A stretch of DNA of 64,000 bases. It comes from Takakia lepidozioides. Lineage: Eukaryota; Plantae; Bryophyta. The first letter of the stretch is position 1; the number at the start of each line of letters is the position of its first letter. Shown here piece by piece: positions 62,501 to 64,000 of this stretch. The translations under genes were made by a program, and so were the position numbers. The notes beneath the pieces are model-generated. The model saw only the letters and a list, made by a program, of their open reading frames with translations. It was not told where the DNA came from and did no database searches. The stretch spans positions 69,564,001 to 69,628,000 of the forward strand of contig CM060733.1 of NCBI GenBank assembly GCA_030704615.1, given 5' to 3'.

Positions 62501-64000
62501 GACTTGTTGCCTGTGTCTGCAGTTCGTTGATACCAACAAGCCTTGCCAGCAGACATTTCCTTGTTGGGGGCGCAAGATTTGGAGCAGGTTGGCTCCATTG
62601 ATCTGATAGTGGCAGGTTGGCCCTGCCAAGGGCATTCATCAGCCGGGCATGGCAATGGATTGCGAGACTCGAGGACGGGTCTGTTTTGGGAGATGGTGCG
62701 GGTTTTGCGCCACTTGCAGCTTCATCAAGCTGTATCTCCAGCATACATCTTGGAGAATGTGCCACTGATGGGCGATTCTCGGGCCAGGGTGATGGCCAGT
62801 GTGCATCAAGTCCGGTCGTGGCTTGGGTTAGCAGTGCTGCTGGATGCAGCTGCAGTGGGATCACGGGCTCATCGTCCACGGCTATGGTGGACTAACTTGA
62901 TGCCACCCGCACTGCTCAAGCGTGCATTTGATGGGGTGCAGCAGCCAACACACCTCATAGTGGACAACATTTTGGACACATGGAGGCAGTCTCAATGTGT
63001 GAGACACGATGACCGTTCGTCTTTGGCAGTGGTCAACAGTGTGGGTCAACCACGAGCAGCATTACCTACACTTTTCAGCTTCCCAGGATCCCATGCTTTT
63101 CGGGATGGTGGACCTGGCCTCCTGTGGGATGCTCAGTTGCAACAGTTAGTGGAGCCTAATGTCGACGAGCGAGAGCGGGCTATGGGATTTTCCACTGGGA
63201 CCACGGCGGTGCCTTCTCTTTCTGAGGCATCACGTCGTCAGGTGTTGGGGCAAGCAATGGATCTCAATTGCTTGACCTGGATTATCAGCTTGGCTATGGC
63301 TGAGCAACGTAGAGTGCGGAGTGCACTTCCCTTGACGGTCTCTCTGCCTACCGAGACGGTACAGGCAGCGAGTGGGGGCGAGCCGGTGAGGACCACGGGG
63401 TGTAGACATCCATGGCACACGTGGGGGTGCTCGAGGTTCAGAGGGAGTTGGCAGCCAAGGCAGCTGTGATGGATGAGGTTGGGGATTCTTCTCGGGATGA
63501 GGAGGTTCTCAATGATGAGATGATGGGGCAGGATGAGGCCTTGTCATTGACTGAGCAGGAAGGGAGTACTGCTCAAGAGGTTGCAGCATAGCAACCACGG
63601 GACGCGTCCTCTACCTCTAAGCCCACTGGACTTAAGGTTGCAGTTACGGAGGACAGTTGGGAGCCTGACATTGGACCCATTGTCACCGGAGGAGAGAGAC
63701 GACGTATACGGCGGTTCCTGAGGGCTTACAGGAATTGCTTTGCCTTCAGTTTGAAGGACTTGGGAGCACTGAAGGGTCAAGAGATCCGTATTGAGTTGGC
63801 CACTGACACGCCAATCTTTCGGAGACCCTATAGATACAGTGACATGGAGAGGTCTTTGATTCAGATGAGGACTCAAGATCTCTGGGAGGCAGGTTTGGTG
63901 GAGCTATCTGGTGGAGAGTATGCTTCAGCCACAGTGATGCCAGCCAAGAAGGATGTCTATGGCAATTGGACGGAGAGACGTATGTGCGGTGATTACCGGC
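59551..64000 (+). mobile_element. Ty3/Gypsy polyprotein gag - protease - C5 DNA methyltransferase - RT (runs off window)
   Basis: Gag (FQRKPSESLREAYTRM), knuckles CWTCGGPHVKRDC and CGICGKYGHGDAQC, protease VLLDSGA (61643), DNMT, RT start (CFAFSLKDLG, PIFRRPYRYS, YASATVMPAKKD, RMCGDYR). A few stops and frameshifts. Confidence 0.93.
62342..63300 (+). pseudogene. DNMT3-like C5-cytosine methyltransferase domain within the Gypsy polyprotein
   Basis: Motif I LDLFGGI, II YVERD, IV DLIVAGWPCQ (PC 62621-62626), VI LENV (62753), VIII AHRPRLWWTNL, IX ERERAMGF, X RRQVLGQAM; one in-frame TGA at 62528-62530. Confidence 0.93.

Overview
Eukaryotic nuclear DNA from a land plant, most likely a non-seed lineage (inferred from spliceosomal introns, many PLS-class PPR/DYW remnants and bryophyte/alga-like Ty3/Gypsy elements). 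One near-intact host gene (YAF9/GAS41-type YEATS protein, minus strand, ~4.6-6.5 kb) is followed by a nested transposon graveyard built on decayed PPR genes. The graveyard holds LINE fragments, three or four Ty3/Gypsy families, a hAT fragment and two Mutator-like elements (MULEs). Two different TE-borne DNA methyltransferase systems stand out. (1) MULEs carry, head-to-head with a GCM-like/DDE/SWIM transposase, a multi-exon gene for a ParB-like domain fused to a beta-class (N4C/N6A-type) amino-methyltransferase fold. One long copy lies at ~20.9-30.9 kb; a diverged, internally deleted copy with TIRs and a 9-bp TSD lies at 45104-52001. Each element is dotted with its own CpG-containing palindrome. 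(2) A Ty3/Gypsy element at the window end encodes a DNMT3-like C5-cytosine methyltransferase inside its polyprotein, between protease and RT. All TE genes here carry stops or frameshifts. All assignments come from motif recognition by eye; no database searches were run, and many boundaries are approximate.
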